IMG/VR virus record: IMGVR_UViG_3300034088_000016 | Coordinates: 1-47,763 of that record | Source of the DNA: a virus | Taxonomy: Duplodnaviria; Caudoviricetes | Length of the DNA stretch: 47,763 nucleotides | Direction: 5' to 3' (one strand) | Part shown: positions 1 to 7,704 of the stretch, piece after piece | Numbering within the stretch: position 1 is the stretch's first letter | Layout: every line of letters starts with the position of its first letter | Notes under the pieces: model-generated | Told to the model about the DNA's origin: nothing | The model's database searches: none | The model's input: only the letters and a program-made list of their open reading frames with translations | Position numbers and translations under genes: made by a program

Positions 1-824
1 TCTTGATGGCGCGCCCGGTGACCGTGTTGCCCGTGGTATCCAGCGTGCTGGAGTCCAACCGGAAGGGGTCCGCGGCGCCGAGCCGCTTGGTGCGCGAGAT
101 GACCTGATCGCCGTCGTCAATCACGAAATCGGCGGAGACGGTGAGGTCGTTGGAGGGGCGCAGGGAGAAGAGGATGCCGTCATTGATCTGGTCGCGCGCG
201 GGGGCGAGGGCGTACTCCTTGGTGATCAGCTCGGCCGTGATTTCGGGGTCAACGTAAGCAGCATCGGTGATATATGCAGCGTTGGCTGTCGTGTCTCTGG
301 TGTTGGTACCGTATTCACCTACGGCGGGCCCAAACAGTCCAGCTGCCATCTCCACCCGGTCGAGATAGAACAGCCGGGCATCCATACCAGCACGGTTCTC
401 AGCTACCATCGCCCAGGTGCGAGGAGTCGGCGCTACTCCAGCAGAGGCACCTCCTAGGAACTGCTGAGGACCCCACCAGCGCGCCTCGCGCCAGTCCTGT
501 GGCAGCCCCTCGCGCAGGTCCAGCCACCACTGATCTCCCGGCGCGTCGGTGTCCGTCATCCCCTGTCCGGCGCCCCACACTGCAAGCCGGTAGAACCCGT
601 CGAAGTAGGCCGCGCTCCAGCGGTACTGGAGAGACGTGGGGGTCACCTTCAACGCTGGTTGGATCTTCTGCCCGATGCGATGCGGCAGCACGCCAGCAGC
701 GAAGCACCACACGTCGTCCACGCCTGCCCAGATGATGCCGACCGGCGTGCGAGCTACGGTGTACTGGCCGGCGCAGCCGCAGTTGACCGAGATGCGCTGG
801 ATGGTGAGGGTGCTGGTGCCTCCC
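1..824 (+). repeat. Terminal direct repeat copy A (matches 46940-47763, diverged core)
   Basis: 1-127 and 661-784 identical to the right end at offset 46939; no net indel; about 236-660 strongly substituted. Confidence 0.95.
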
Positions 825-1642
825 GTGGTCTGGTCCATGTCCCCAGTCAGCAGGAATGGGTTGCCATAGCGGCGCAGGATGAGCAGGCCCGACTCGGCAG
901 GTGAGCCGACGTTGGTGAGCATCACCTCGATGCCGCCGACAATCTCGTCACCATCAGCGCCAGCCACCAAGGAGATGGCGCGCCCGTTGGAGGCGAGCAC
1001 GCTGTTGCCCACCACGTCGGCGGTGTAGTTGTCGGTGAAGACGATGGTGTTCTCGTAGCCCTTGCCGAAGTTGGCGAGCACGAGACGCTGCTTGTAGGGG
1101 AACGCGTAGGACGGGTAGACGTTCTCGTTGCCGGTGCCGGCGAATGCGAGTGTGGAAGGCACACCTCCCAGCTCGGCGTTCGAGTCGAAGATGTAGTACG
1201 GATATTGCGACGGCCCTGTGCCGCCACTGGAGCCGATCATCCAAGTGGCATAAGGCCCCGGCAGCACCAGAACCTTGTTCCGCCACGGTACCATGTGCGG
1301 CCTGGGGTGGTCGAACGGCAACGAAAACGAGATGGGAAAGCCTCCAGAGAAGCTGGCTCCCCAGATGCCGATGCTGTTGGCCCCGGTGCCGCGGTTGATG
1401 AACACGATGTCTGTGCCGGAGACGGACCCGGAGATCGGATTCATTAGCGCAGCTACCGGGCGATCTGGCGCTGACGCGGTGCCTTGCGCGGCAAAAGGCC
1501 GGCTCAGCCCCCCACGCTTCTTGATGATGCCCGGCTTGACCGGCACCAGGTTGCGCGCGAGCTGCACCTCGTCATCTCGAATGGCCCGTGGGTCATCAAA
1601 GAGGTTCACGCCACCGAGCGCCGGAATGGGCATCCACTGCAT
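1..1642 (-). CDS. Tail tube/nozzle (tubular B / P22 gp10-like) protein, 5' part; continues across the circular junction to 46353 (about 742 aa total)
   Basis: ATG at 1642 gives MQWMPIPALGGVNLFDDPRAIRDDEVQLARNLVPVKPGIIKKRGG, typical of podovirus nozzle N-termini; in frame with ORF 46353..47726; missing from ORF track because it runs off the end. Confidence 0.75.
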   Translation of the reverse strand, partial: MQWMPIPALGGVNLFDDPRAIRDDEVQLARNLVPVKPGIIKKRGGLSRPFAAQGTASAPDRPVAALMNPISGSVSGTDIVFINRGTGANSIGIWGASFSGGFPISFSLPFDHPRPHMVPWRNKVLVLPGPYATWMIGSSGGTGPSQYPYYIFDSNAELGGVPSTLAFAGTGNENVYPSYAFPYKQRLVLANFGKGYENTIVFTDNYTADVVGNSVLASNGRAISLVAGADGDEIVGGIEVMLTNVGSPAESGLLILRRYGNPFLLTGDMDQTTGGTSTLTIQRISVNCGCAGQYTVARTPVGIIWAGVDDVWCFAAGVLPHRIGQKIQPALKVTPTSLQYRWSAAYFDGFYRLAVWGAGQGMTDTDAPGDQWWLDLREGLPQDWREARWWGPQQFLGGASAGVAPTPRTWAMVAENRAGMDARLFYLDRVEMAAGLFGPAVGEYGTNTRDTTANAAYITDAAYVDPEITAELITKEYALAPARDQINDGILFSLRPSNDLTVSADFVIDDGDQVISRTKRLGAADPFRLDSSTLDTTGNTVTGRAIK

Positions 1643-1647
1643 GACGC

Positions 1648-2955
1648 TCAGAACTCCTCGTAGAAGTTGATGGTTGCACCGATGGTGGTGTTCCCGGTGA
1701 ACGGGGTACCGGCCAGGGTCAGCACGTCACCAGGGTTCAGCTCGATGTGCTGAGCCCACAAGTCCTCGCGCACAGGCGTGCTGTTGGAAACGCCCGCGTA
1801 GATGACGCGGCCCCCAGTGACGGTGGTACCGGCCGTGTCCGTCTGGACCACCGACGTGGTGTTGCTGAAGTCGGTGTACGAGGGCGACCCGCCGAAGGTG
1901 GGATTCAGCACGAGTTGCACGTAGCCATCGGCCACTGTGTAGTAGGTGATGCCGCGCAGTCGGACGCGCACCTCACTCGGCAGAAGGCTGGGTCCGAAGG
2001 TGGTCTTCACCTTGATGGACACGATGTTGGTGAGCGCGTTGATGCCGGTCTTCCGGTTGACCACACCGCCGATGGGGCCCGAATGCCCCTCCTGGCCCTC
2101 GCGCGCTAGCGACATGGATGCCGTCTTCAGCGTGAGGTTGGTGGTGTTGCCGGAGTTGGCAACGCGAGCACCCAGGCCGAAGGTCGGATTGGTGAAGCTG
2201 GGAGAGGTCTTGCCGCCACCGCCAGAGGGGATGCCGCCACCCCACGGCTCGGTGTGGACCAGGACGAAGTCGCCTGTGGCCGGATTGCCCGAGTAGTAGC
2301 GGATCGGCCCGAAGCCCAGGTACTGCATCTGCACCGCGTAGATGGTACCCTTGGTGATGTCCAGCAGGACGTTGGAGGGCCCCGAACCGTTCAGCTTGTC
2401 CTCGGACCAGGAGGTCTGAGGGATGAAGGTCTCCACGCCGCCGACGCGATGGATGATGCCGAAGGTGGCGCCGTTGCAACCGAACATGGCCGCGTCGTCG
2501 GTGGCGTGGTTGAACATCCCCACCTCCTGGCGCGAGCTGGCGACGCACGGCGTGAAGATGGCGGTGAACCGCGCCATCAGTCCCTGGCCGGGCAGGTACT
2601 GGGCCGAGGCGTCGGAGGCCACCTTCAGCTCGCCTGTAGACGTGGTGCCCGTCTGGAGCACCATCATCCCCGACGCCTGGGTCACGGTCGCGGCGCCCAC
2701 CGTGGTGATGGTGTCGATCAGCGCCGGGTTGACGTTGTTGGAGAAGAGGAGATTCACCTCCGGCGTGTCCTGAGCGACGCGCAGCTCCCCGAAGGCGGCA
2801 CGGTCCTGCACACGCACGGCCGTCACGACCGGGTAGATGTCCGAGGACCAGATGTGGAGGCCCTCTGGCGTCCGACCCACAGCTAGGCTCACCAGCAACA
2901 GGACCATCATCAGGCAGATGGTCACCGCCAAGCGCCACAAGGTCGCGCCGTTCAT
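1648..2955 (-). CDS. Tail-associated beta-rich virion protein with N-terminal signal peptide-like segment
   Basis: ATGA overlap with adaptor stop; YLPGQG..FTAIF and QYLGFGPIRY motifs as in phage tail proteins; hydrophobic N-terminus. Confidence 0.7.
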   Translation of the reverse strand: MNGATLWRLAVTICLMMVLLLVSLAVGRTPEGLHIWSSDIYPVVTAVRVQDRAAFGELRVAQDTPEVNLLFSNNVNPALIDTITTVGAATVTQASGMMVLQTGTTSTGELKVASDASAQYLPGQGLMARFTAIFTPCVASSRQEVGMFNHATDDAAMFGCNGATFGIIHRVGGVETFIPQTSWSEDKLNGSGPSNVLLDITKGTIYAVQMQYLGFGPIRYYSGNPATGDFVLVHTEPWGGGIPSGGGGKTSPSFTNPTFGLGARVANSGNTTNLTLKTASMSLAREGQEGHSGPIGGVVNRKTGINALTNIVSIKVKTTFGPSLLPSEVRVRLRGITYYTVADGYVQLVLNPTFGGSPSYTDFSNTTSVVQTDTAGTTVTGGRVIYAGVSNSTPVREDLWAQHIELNPGDVLTLAGTPFTGNTTIGATINFYEEF

Positions 2956-3719
2956 GGCTGCGGCCACCACCCCGAGCCACGCCAGCTGGAGCTGGAAGGC
3001 TGCCGGAACACGTTGGAGTCCAGCGCGGTGTTGATGTTGATGCCGGCGTTCTGCCCGTGGTCCATCTTGTCACGGGCAATCATGGCGCCCAGCTCCTCGT
3101 TGGCCATCGCCGCCTTCTCCTGGTCGTGGCCCATGCTGAAGGCGAAGGTCTTCACCATGTGCACCATGGTGCGGTCCACCGGGTACCAGGGGTACTCGGC
3201 AGCACCGGGGTCAGCCGGCATCAGCATGTACGGGAGCGCCAGCAGGTAGGCCCGGTCAGGTACCGGGCTGAAGTAGACGGTCCACTTGCCCGCCGTGATG
3301 GACGTGGTGAAGTCGAACGGGCGCACCTTCAGGTACTGGGGCTGGCCTCGTGTGGTGGTCGGGTCGTTGACCGTCTCGTCGAACTGGACGCCGTTGTCCT
3401 CGATGCGCTGCACGCGCACGGTGGCACGGGCGCGGTACTGGGCGTCATAGAGAATGCAGGGGTCCAGGATGCGCTGGATGGCGTTGGTGACGGTGGCGCC
3501 AGCGCCCAGGTTCAAGGAGACGGTGCCGGCGGGGACGCTGATGCCCGTCGCGCGGCGCCAGAGCTGGGGCCAGGGCCAGTCGGCCGCAATCTTCCGGAGC
3601 CACATCTGAAGCTCCAGGTAGGGCGTGATAACGCCATCCGGCCCGGCCTCGGCCAGATCCTCGCGAGCCGCCAACTTCAGCCCGTGGCTTACGATGGCGC
3701 TCAGCGTGGACTGGCCCAT
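2952..3719 (-). CDS. Head-tail adaptor / tail tubular A-like protein
   Basis: 255 aa, position after capsid genes, WPWPQL and P..Y..F.PVPD..Y pattern. Confidence 0.65.
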   Translation of the reverse strand: MGQSTLSAIVSHGLKLAAREDLAEAGPDGVITPYLELQMWLRKIAADWPWPQLWRRATGISVPAGTVSLNLGAGATVTNAIQRILDPCILYDAQYRARATVRVQRIEDNGVQFDETVNDPTTTRGQPQYLKVRPFDFTTSITAGKWTVYFSPVPDRAYLLALPYMLMPADPGAAEYPWYPVDRTMVHMVKTFAFSMGHDQEKAAMANEELGAMIARDKMDHGQNAGININTALDSNVFRQPSSSSWRGSGWWPQP

Positions 3720-3726
3720 GGCACTC

Positions 3727-3906
3727 TCAGGGTCGCGGCATCCTCGCCTTTGACCGATCTCCCAACTTCAGGTTCTCGACGCGCTCGGGCAGCCTCTTGC
3801 CCTTAGACGCCTTGTCGCGCTTCGCCACCTCGGCGTGGCTGATCTCCCCGCGGTTCTCCATGGCGTGGAACTTCCGGCGCTGCGCATCCGAGGCGTACTG
3901 GCCCAT
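3727..3906 (-). CDS. Small basic virion-type protein (59 aa)
   Basis: Manual translation MGQYASDAQRRKFHAMENRGEISHAEVAKRDKASKGKRLPERVENLKLGDRSKARMPRP; fills the gap; not in ORF track. Confidence 0.75.
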   Translation of the reverse strand: MGQYASDAQRRKFHAMENRGEISHAEVAKRDKASKGKRLPERVENLKLGDRSKARMPRP

Positions 3907-3908
3907 GC

Positions 3909-4085
3909 TCAGCCCCTATAGCCCAGCGGCTGGTTGGCGACCTTCTTTCCCAGCGCGTGCTCCTCGACACCCAGCTTCTGCTCGCGCTTCTGGTAGGCCG
4001 GTGACTCCTTGGCCTCCTGCGCACGCGTCTCGCGCTTCTCGCGCTTCATCATCGCGGCCTTGCTGGGCAGCTTCTTGGGGCTCAT
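3909..4085 (-). CDS. Small basic protein (58 aa)
   Basis: MSPKKLPSKAAMMKREKRE...KKVANQPLGYRG; ATGA coupling to upstream gene. Confidence 0.7.
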   Translation of the reverse strand: MSPKKLPSKAAMMKREKRETRAQEAKESPAYQKREQKLGVEEHALGKKVANQPLGYRG

Positions 4086-4264
4086 GCCATCCTCGCCTTG
4101 GAGCGGTCGCCGAAGGCCAGGTCGGTCACCTTCGGCTTGTCCTTCCCCTTGTGCTTCGAGGAGCGCGGGGACTCGTTGTACTCGCGCTGGAGCGGGTTGG
4201 CCTTCGGGCCTCCAGGGGGGAACCCTGGCTTGCGCGCGTTGAAGCCGCCCTTGCGCCCGTTCAC
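4082..4264 (-). CDS. Small basic protein (60 aa)
   Basis: GTGA coupling; MNGRKGGFNARKPG...KVTDLAFGDRSKARMA. Confidence 0.65.
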   Translation of the reverse strand: MNGRKGGFNARKPGFPPGGPKANPLQREYNESPRSSKHKGKDKPKVTDLAFGDRSKARMA

Positions 4265-4494
4265 TTGACCCTCGCGGCGTGGCCCTTGGCCAGGTAGAAG
4301 TCGGCGGCCTCCGGGTCGAGCATGACCACCTCGCCGGCACGCCAGCACTTCCCGTTCAGCCCACCGTCCGTGCCCATGACCAGGGCGACAGGCTTGGCCA
4401 CCACTTCCTTGACGGGCGGCACCAGCGTGGTCACCTCAGCCGTCACCTTCTCGGCGGGGGACTCCTTCTCCTTCTTGGGGCTCAGGAGGGCCAT
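4261..4494 (-). CDS. Hypothetical protein (77 aa)
   Basis: Tightly packed ORF in head operon. Confidence 0.7.
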   Translation of the reverse strand: MALLSPKKEKESPAEKVTAEVTTLVPPVKEVVAKPVALVMGTDGGLNGKCWRAGEVVMLDPEAADFYLAKGHAARVK

Positions 4495-4497
4495 GGG

Positions 4498-5142
4498 TCA
4501 GTTCACCTTGTTGAAGGAGATGCCGCCGTGCTCCAGCGCCTTCCGCTGGCCGCGCTGGGCCCGCGAGCCCACCTCGCCCGAGTCCCACTCCGCACTGCGC
4601 GATTCCAGCTCGGCCTCGGAGTTGCGCGTCACCTCCTGGAGCTGCCAGGCGATGTCGTTGGCGCGCGGCACCAGCACCGGGCTGGAGCGGGTCATGCTGA
4701 GGTACTGGACCCCGTTGAGGATGTAGCCCTGGAACGCCTTCGCCGCGCGCTTGCCCTGTGGCAGGACCAGCATGAAGACGTGGTTCTTGTCCTCGCCCTG
4801 GACCATCTGGTTCTGGGTGCCGTCCTTCTCGATGGCGGTCATCGTCCGGGTGCCGTCCGTCTTCACGTATTCGGACCCACCGCAGACCTTCACGTGCTGG
4901 AGGCACTTCGGGCACGGGGGCCCGAGGTTCTTGCGCTCCTCGCGCGCCCGCTCATCGCCATCGACAGCCTTCTGGCGCTGCATCTCCGCCATGGCCAGGC
5001 CGGTCGCGATGCCCTCCTGGATGGCCTTGGCCATGCCGGCCTGGCTGTCCACGAGCGCCTTGATGAGCGCCTTGAGGTCGGCCACCTCGGTGGAGGCAGC
5101 CGGCGAGGGAGCGGGGTTCTTGGGGTCGTTGGGGTTCGCCAT
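4498..5142 (-). CDS. Hypothetical protein with CxxC..C motif (214 aa)
   Basis: Directly follows capsid gene; CPKCLQHVKVC. Confidence 0.75.
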   Translation of the reverse strand: MANPNDPKNPAPSPAASTEVADLKALIKALVDSQAGMAKAIQEGIATGLAMAEMQRQKAVDGDERAREERKNLGPPCPKCLQHVKVCGGSEYVKTDGTRTMTAIEKDGTQNQMVQGEDKNHVFMLVLPQGKRAAKAFQGYILNGVQYLSMTRSSPVLVPRANDIAWQLQEVTRNSEAELESRSAEWDSGEVGSRAQRGQRKALEHGGISFNKVN

Positions 5143-5156
5143 GTCAGGTCACCAGA

Positions 5157-6596
5157 TCAGTAGGAGGAGGCCAGCTCCAGGCGGAGCATACGGAGCTGAT
5201 CGCGGATCATCGCGGCGAACCAGACCTTGTAGGCCATCTTCTTGCGCTGCATGGCCGGGTCGGAGTCGGTCGGCGTGTTCCCGGTGACGTGCAGCTCCAG
5301 GTTGCGCAGGCCCACGAAGTTGCACGACTCGTTGCCGTGCAGGTAGACCGGGTGGATGGTGCTGGGGTCGCTCGACCCGGTCGCGTGGATGTTGGCCGGC
5401 GCGGTGGTCGTGGTGGCCGCGACGTTGGTGACCGTCACGGTGTCGCCGGCCTCGATGTTGTCGAAGGACAGGCCCAGCGTGGCGTCCGTGCCGGTGCCGC
5501 CGGCCTGCACGGTGTCGAAGTACACGCGGTAGGTGTACAGCGACGAGAGGCCTGCGAAGTTGAAGGTGAAGGACTCGTTGTTGCCCGCGGCCGCGGCAGC
5601 CATCGAGTGGGCGATGGAGATGTCCTCCTCGAACCCACGCAGCTTCGCCTTCCGGGTGACCTTGAAGAAGTAGGTCACGCCGGACGACAGGGAGCCGCCA
5701 CCGTCCACCGCGGTCACCACCGGGGTGCCGGTGCCGAAGGCGTTGCCGGTGGTCACCGCCGCCGTGGTGTTGCCGAGCAGAGTGAACTTCGGGATGAAGT
5801 TGGTCTCCACCCAGCGGATGTTCAGCCAGGTGCCGATCTCGCTGTTGTAGACGGCCTTCTGGTTGGCGTAGGTGGCGACGCTCGCCCAGGTGCCGAAGGA
5901 AGCCGACGCGGCCTGCACGTCGCCGGAGACCTGGGGGCCCACGATGGCCACGTACGCCTGGCCCTGGTTGATGGACCCGCCACCCTTGCCGGCCGTCTCG
6001 ACGCCCTGGCGCATCTCGCTGCCGGCGAGCGCGTTGCCGCCCTCGCCCAGGATGATGCCGCCTGCCGGCCCACCCCGAGGCGGCGCCCCCTGGTCGATCA
6101 GGGTGATGCGCGCCTTGTGGATGATGGTGTCGCTGATCTTCATCGTGCTGGTGATGGAGGCACGAGCTGACACGCTGGCGTCGCCGTACTGCACGTTGGT
6201 GCCGGCCAGCCAGACGATCTGAATCTCGCGGTCGATGACGCGCTGGGCGTTGTCGGCCAGCAGCTCCAGGCACTGCTGCACCAGCGGGTGCTTGGTGGTC
6301 ACCTGGGCCTGGTCGGTGATGGTGATGACATCGATCCACTGCGCCATCGTCGCCGTGACCTGGGTCAGGCTGAAGGAGCTGTTGGCCGGCGTCACGCCCT
6401 CGGTGGCCGGGTTCTGCGGCACGTTCATGCGCTCGTAGCGGATGAAGTAGGCCGTGGTGCCGGTCCCGTCCGGCTGCTGCACGCGGTCGCACACGCTCGT
6501 GCAGACCAGCTTGAGGGCAGAGCGCTGGACGAGCTTCATGGCCAGGAACTTCTCTTGGTCGCTCATCGTGGTGCTGCTGAGAATCTCATTCGCCAC
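5157..6596 (-). CDS. Major capsid protein (N4-gp56-like) with inserted beta-sandwich domain
   Basis: EGVTP, ITITD, EIG..LNIRWVET and SDP.MQR...AYK motifs; downstream of scaffold; GAGG RBS. Confidence 0.88.
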   Translation of the reverse strand: MANEILSSTTMSDQEKFLAMKLVQRSALKLVCTSVCDRVQQPDGTGTTAYFIRYERMNVPQNPATEGVTPANSSFSLTQVTATMAQWIDVITITDQAQVTTKHPLVQQCLELLADNAQRVIDREIQIVWLAGTNVQYGDASVSARASITSTMKISDTIIHKARITLIDQGAPPRGGPAGGIILGEGGNALAGSEMRQGVETAGKGGGSINQGQAYVAIVGPQVSGDVQAASASFGTWASVATYANQKAVYNSEIGTWLNIRWVETNFIPKFTLLGNTTAAVTTGNAFGTGTPVVTAVDGGGSLSSGVTYFFKVTRKAKLRGFEEDISIAHSMAAAAAGNNESFTFNFAGLSSLYTYRVYFDTVQAGGTGTDATLGLSFDNIEAGDTVTVTNVAATTTTAPANIHATGSSDPSTIHPVYLHGNESCNFVGLRNLELHVTGNTPTDSDPAMQRKKMAYKVWFAAMIRDQLRMLRLELASSY

Positions 6597-6653
6597 GGGG
6601 TGGCCTCATCATCAACTACGGGTGGGTGGAGGCTGGTGCTGCCCTCCCCTGAT

Positions 6654-7301
6654 TCAGTGCCCGCCGAGTGGCTGGTCGCCAACGGCCTGCTCCAGCCAGG
6701 CCATCTCCTCAGCGGTGTTCTTGAAGACGGGACGGGAATTCGAGGGGGGCTGGTAGCCGCGAGGCGCGCCGAAGGTCGGCATGGGCACGTTGAACTGGGA
6801 GCGGGTGGCTTCGGTCTTCCGGCGCTCTGCCTCCTGCTGCTTGGCGTAGATGCCCCAGGCGTAGGTCTCGGCCGTCTCGGCGTTGATGGGCCGGCCCAGC
6901 TTCACCTGCTGGGCACGCACGTCGTTGGCGATCTTCACCACCTCGGCCGGCGTGCCGTTCTGCTGCACGAGCTGGTTGAACTGCTGCTCCTGCTGCCAAG
7001 ACCCGAGCTGTCCGAACCGGGCCTCGATGTTGCCTGCGAACTGCTGGGCCCAGCCAGTGAACCAGGCTGGGGGGCCATTGGGGTCGGCGGCAGGCGCGGG
7101 AGCCGGGGCCTGGGTCCCGGGAACCTGGTTGGCCTTCTCCTCGACCACCGCGTTCAGGGCCGCGGTTGCCTGTTCCAGCATCTGGGCCTGCTTGGCGATA
7201 GTCGCCTGCGCCGCCTCGTGCTGCTTCTGGATCTCCGCCAGCTTGGCTTCGAGGTTGGGCGCGGCGTCGTCAGCAGGCTTGGGAGGGGTGGTTGGCTCCA
7301 T
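6654..7301 (-). CDS. Capsid scaffolding protein
   Basis: Ala/Gln/Pro-rich coiled coil just upstream of capsid gene; start placed at ATG 7301 from promoter geometry (ORF track starts 7313). Confidence 0.75.
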   Translation of the reverse strand: MEPTTPPKPADDAAPNLEAKLAEIQKQHEAAQATIAKQAQMLEQATAALNAVVEEKANQVPGTQAPAPAPAADPNGPPAWFTGWAQQFAGNIEARFGQLGSWQQEQQFNQLVQQNGTPAEVVKIANDVRAQQVKLGRPINAETAETYAWGIYAKQQEAERRKTEATRSQFNVPMPTFGAPRGYQPPSNSRPVFKNTAEEMAWLEQAVGDQPLGGH

Positions 7302-7308
7302 GGCGCGC

Positions 7309-7338
7309 ACCATGGCATCGCACTACGCTACAAGTCAA
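7309..7338 (-). promoter_or_regulatory. Putative sigma70-type promoter for scaffold-capsid operon
   Basis: Minus strand TTGACT-N18-CATGGT, 7 nt before ATG 7301, in an intergenic gap. Confidence 0.5.
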
Positions 7339-7374
7339 GTAACGCCACGTATGGTGGTGACCATATATGTATCG

Positions 7375-7704
7375 TCACCGCTGCTTGGCCACCCCGTCAG
7401 CCAACGCGATGGTGTCGCTCGGGAACCGGAGAAGGGTCCGGTACGCCTTGGCGAGCATCAGGTTGGTGGCCATGACGTGAGGGGTCTCGGCGTCCTCGGC
7501 CGCACGCATTGCCTCCTCCGCCTTGGAGGCGAGGAAGGTGGCGAGGAGCTTCCAGCCGGCGTGGCTGTTCAACGATTCCATCAGCTCCTTGCGCCGGATC
7601 TGCCCGTCGCGGAAGTCGCGCTGCTGATTCTCGACGTTGGCGTCGTGTTGCTGATTGGCCTGACGCCAGTTGATGAACTGCTGGGGAAGCAGGGGGGTGC
7701 TCAT
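7375..7704 (-). CDS. Hypothetical helical protein between portal and scaffold (109 aa)
   Basis: ATGA coupling with portal stop. Confidence 0.75.
   Translation of the reverse strand: MSTPLLPQQFINWRQANQQHDANVENQQRDFRDGQIRRKELMESLNSHAGWKLLATFLASKAEEAMRAAEDAETPHVMATNLMLAKAYRTLLRFPSDTIALADGVAKQR

Noticed and set aside
1-824. Diversity-generating retroelement (TR/VR pair) explaining the diverged repeat
   Set aside because: Substitutions affect all bases in both directions, many are synonymous, and no reverse transcriptase gene is present
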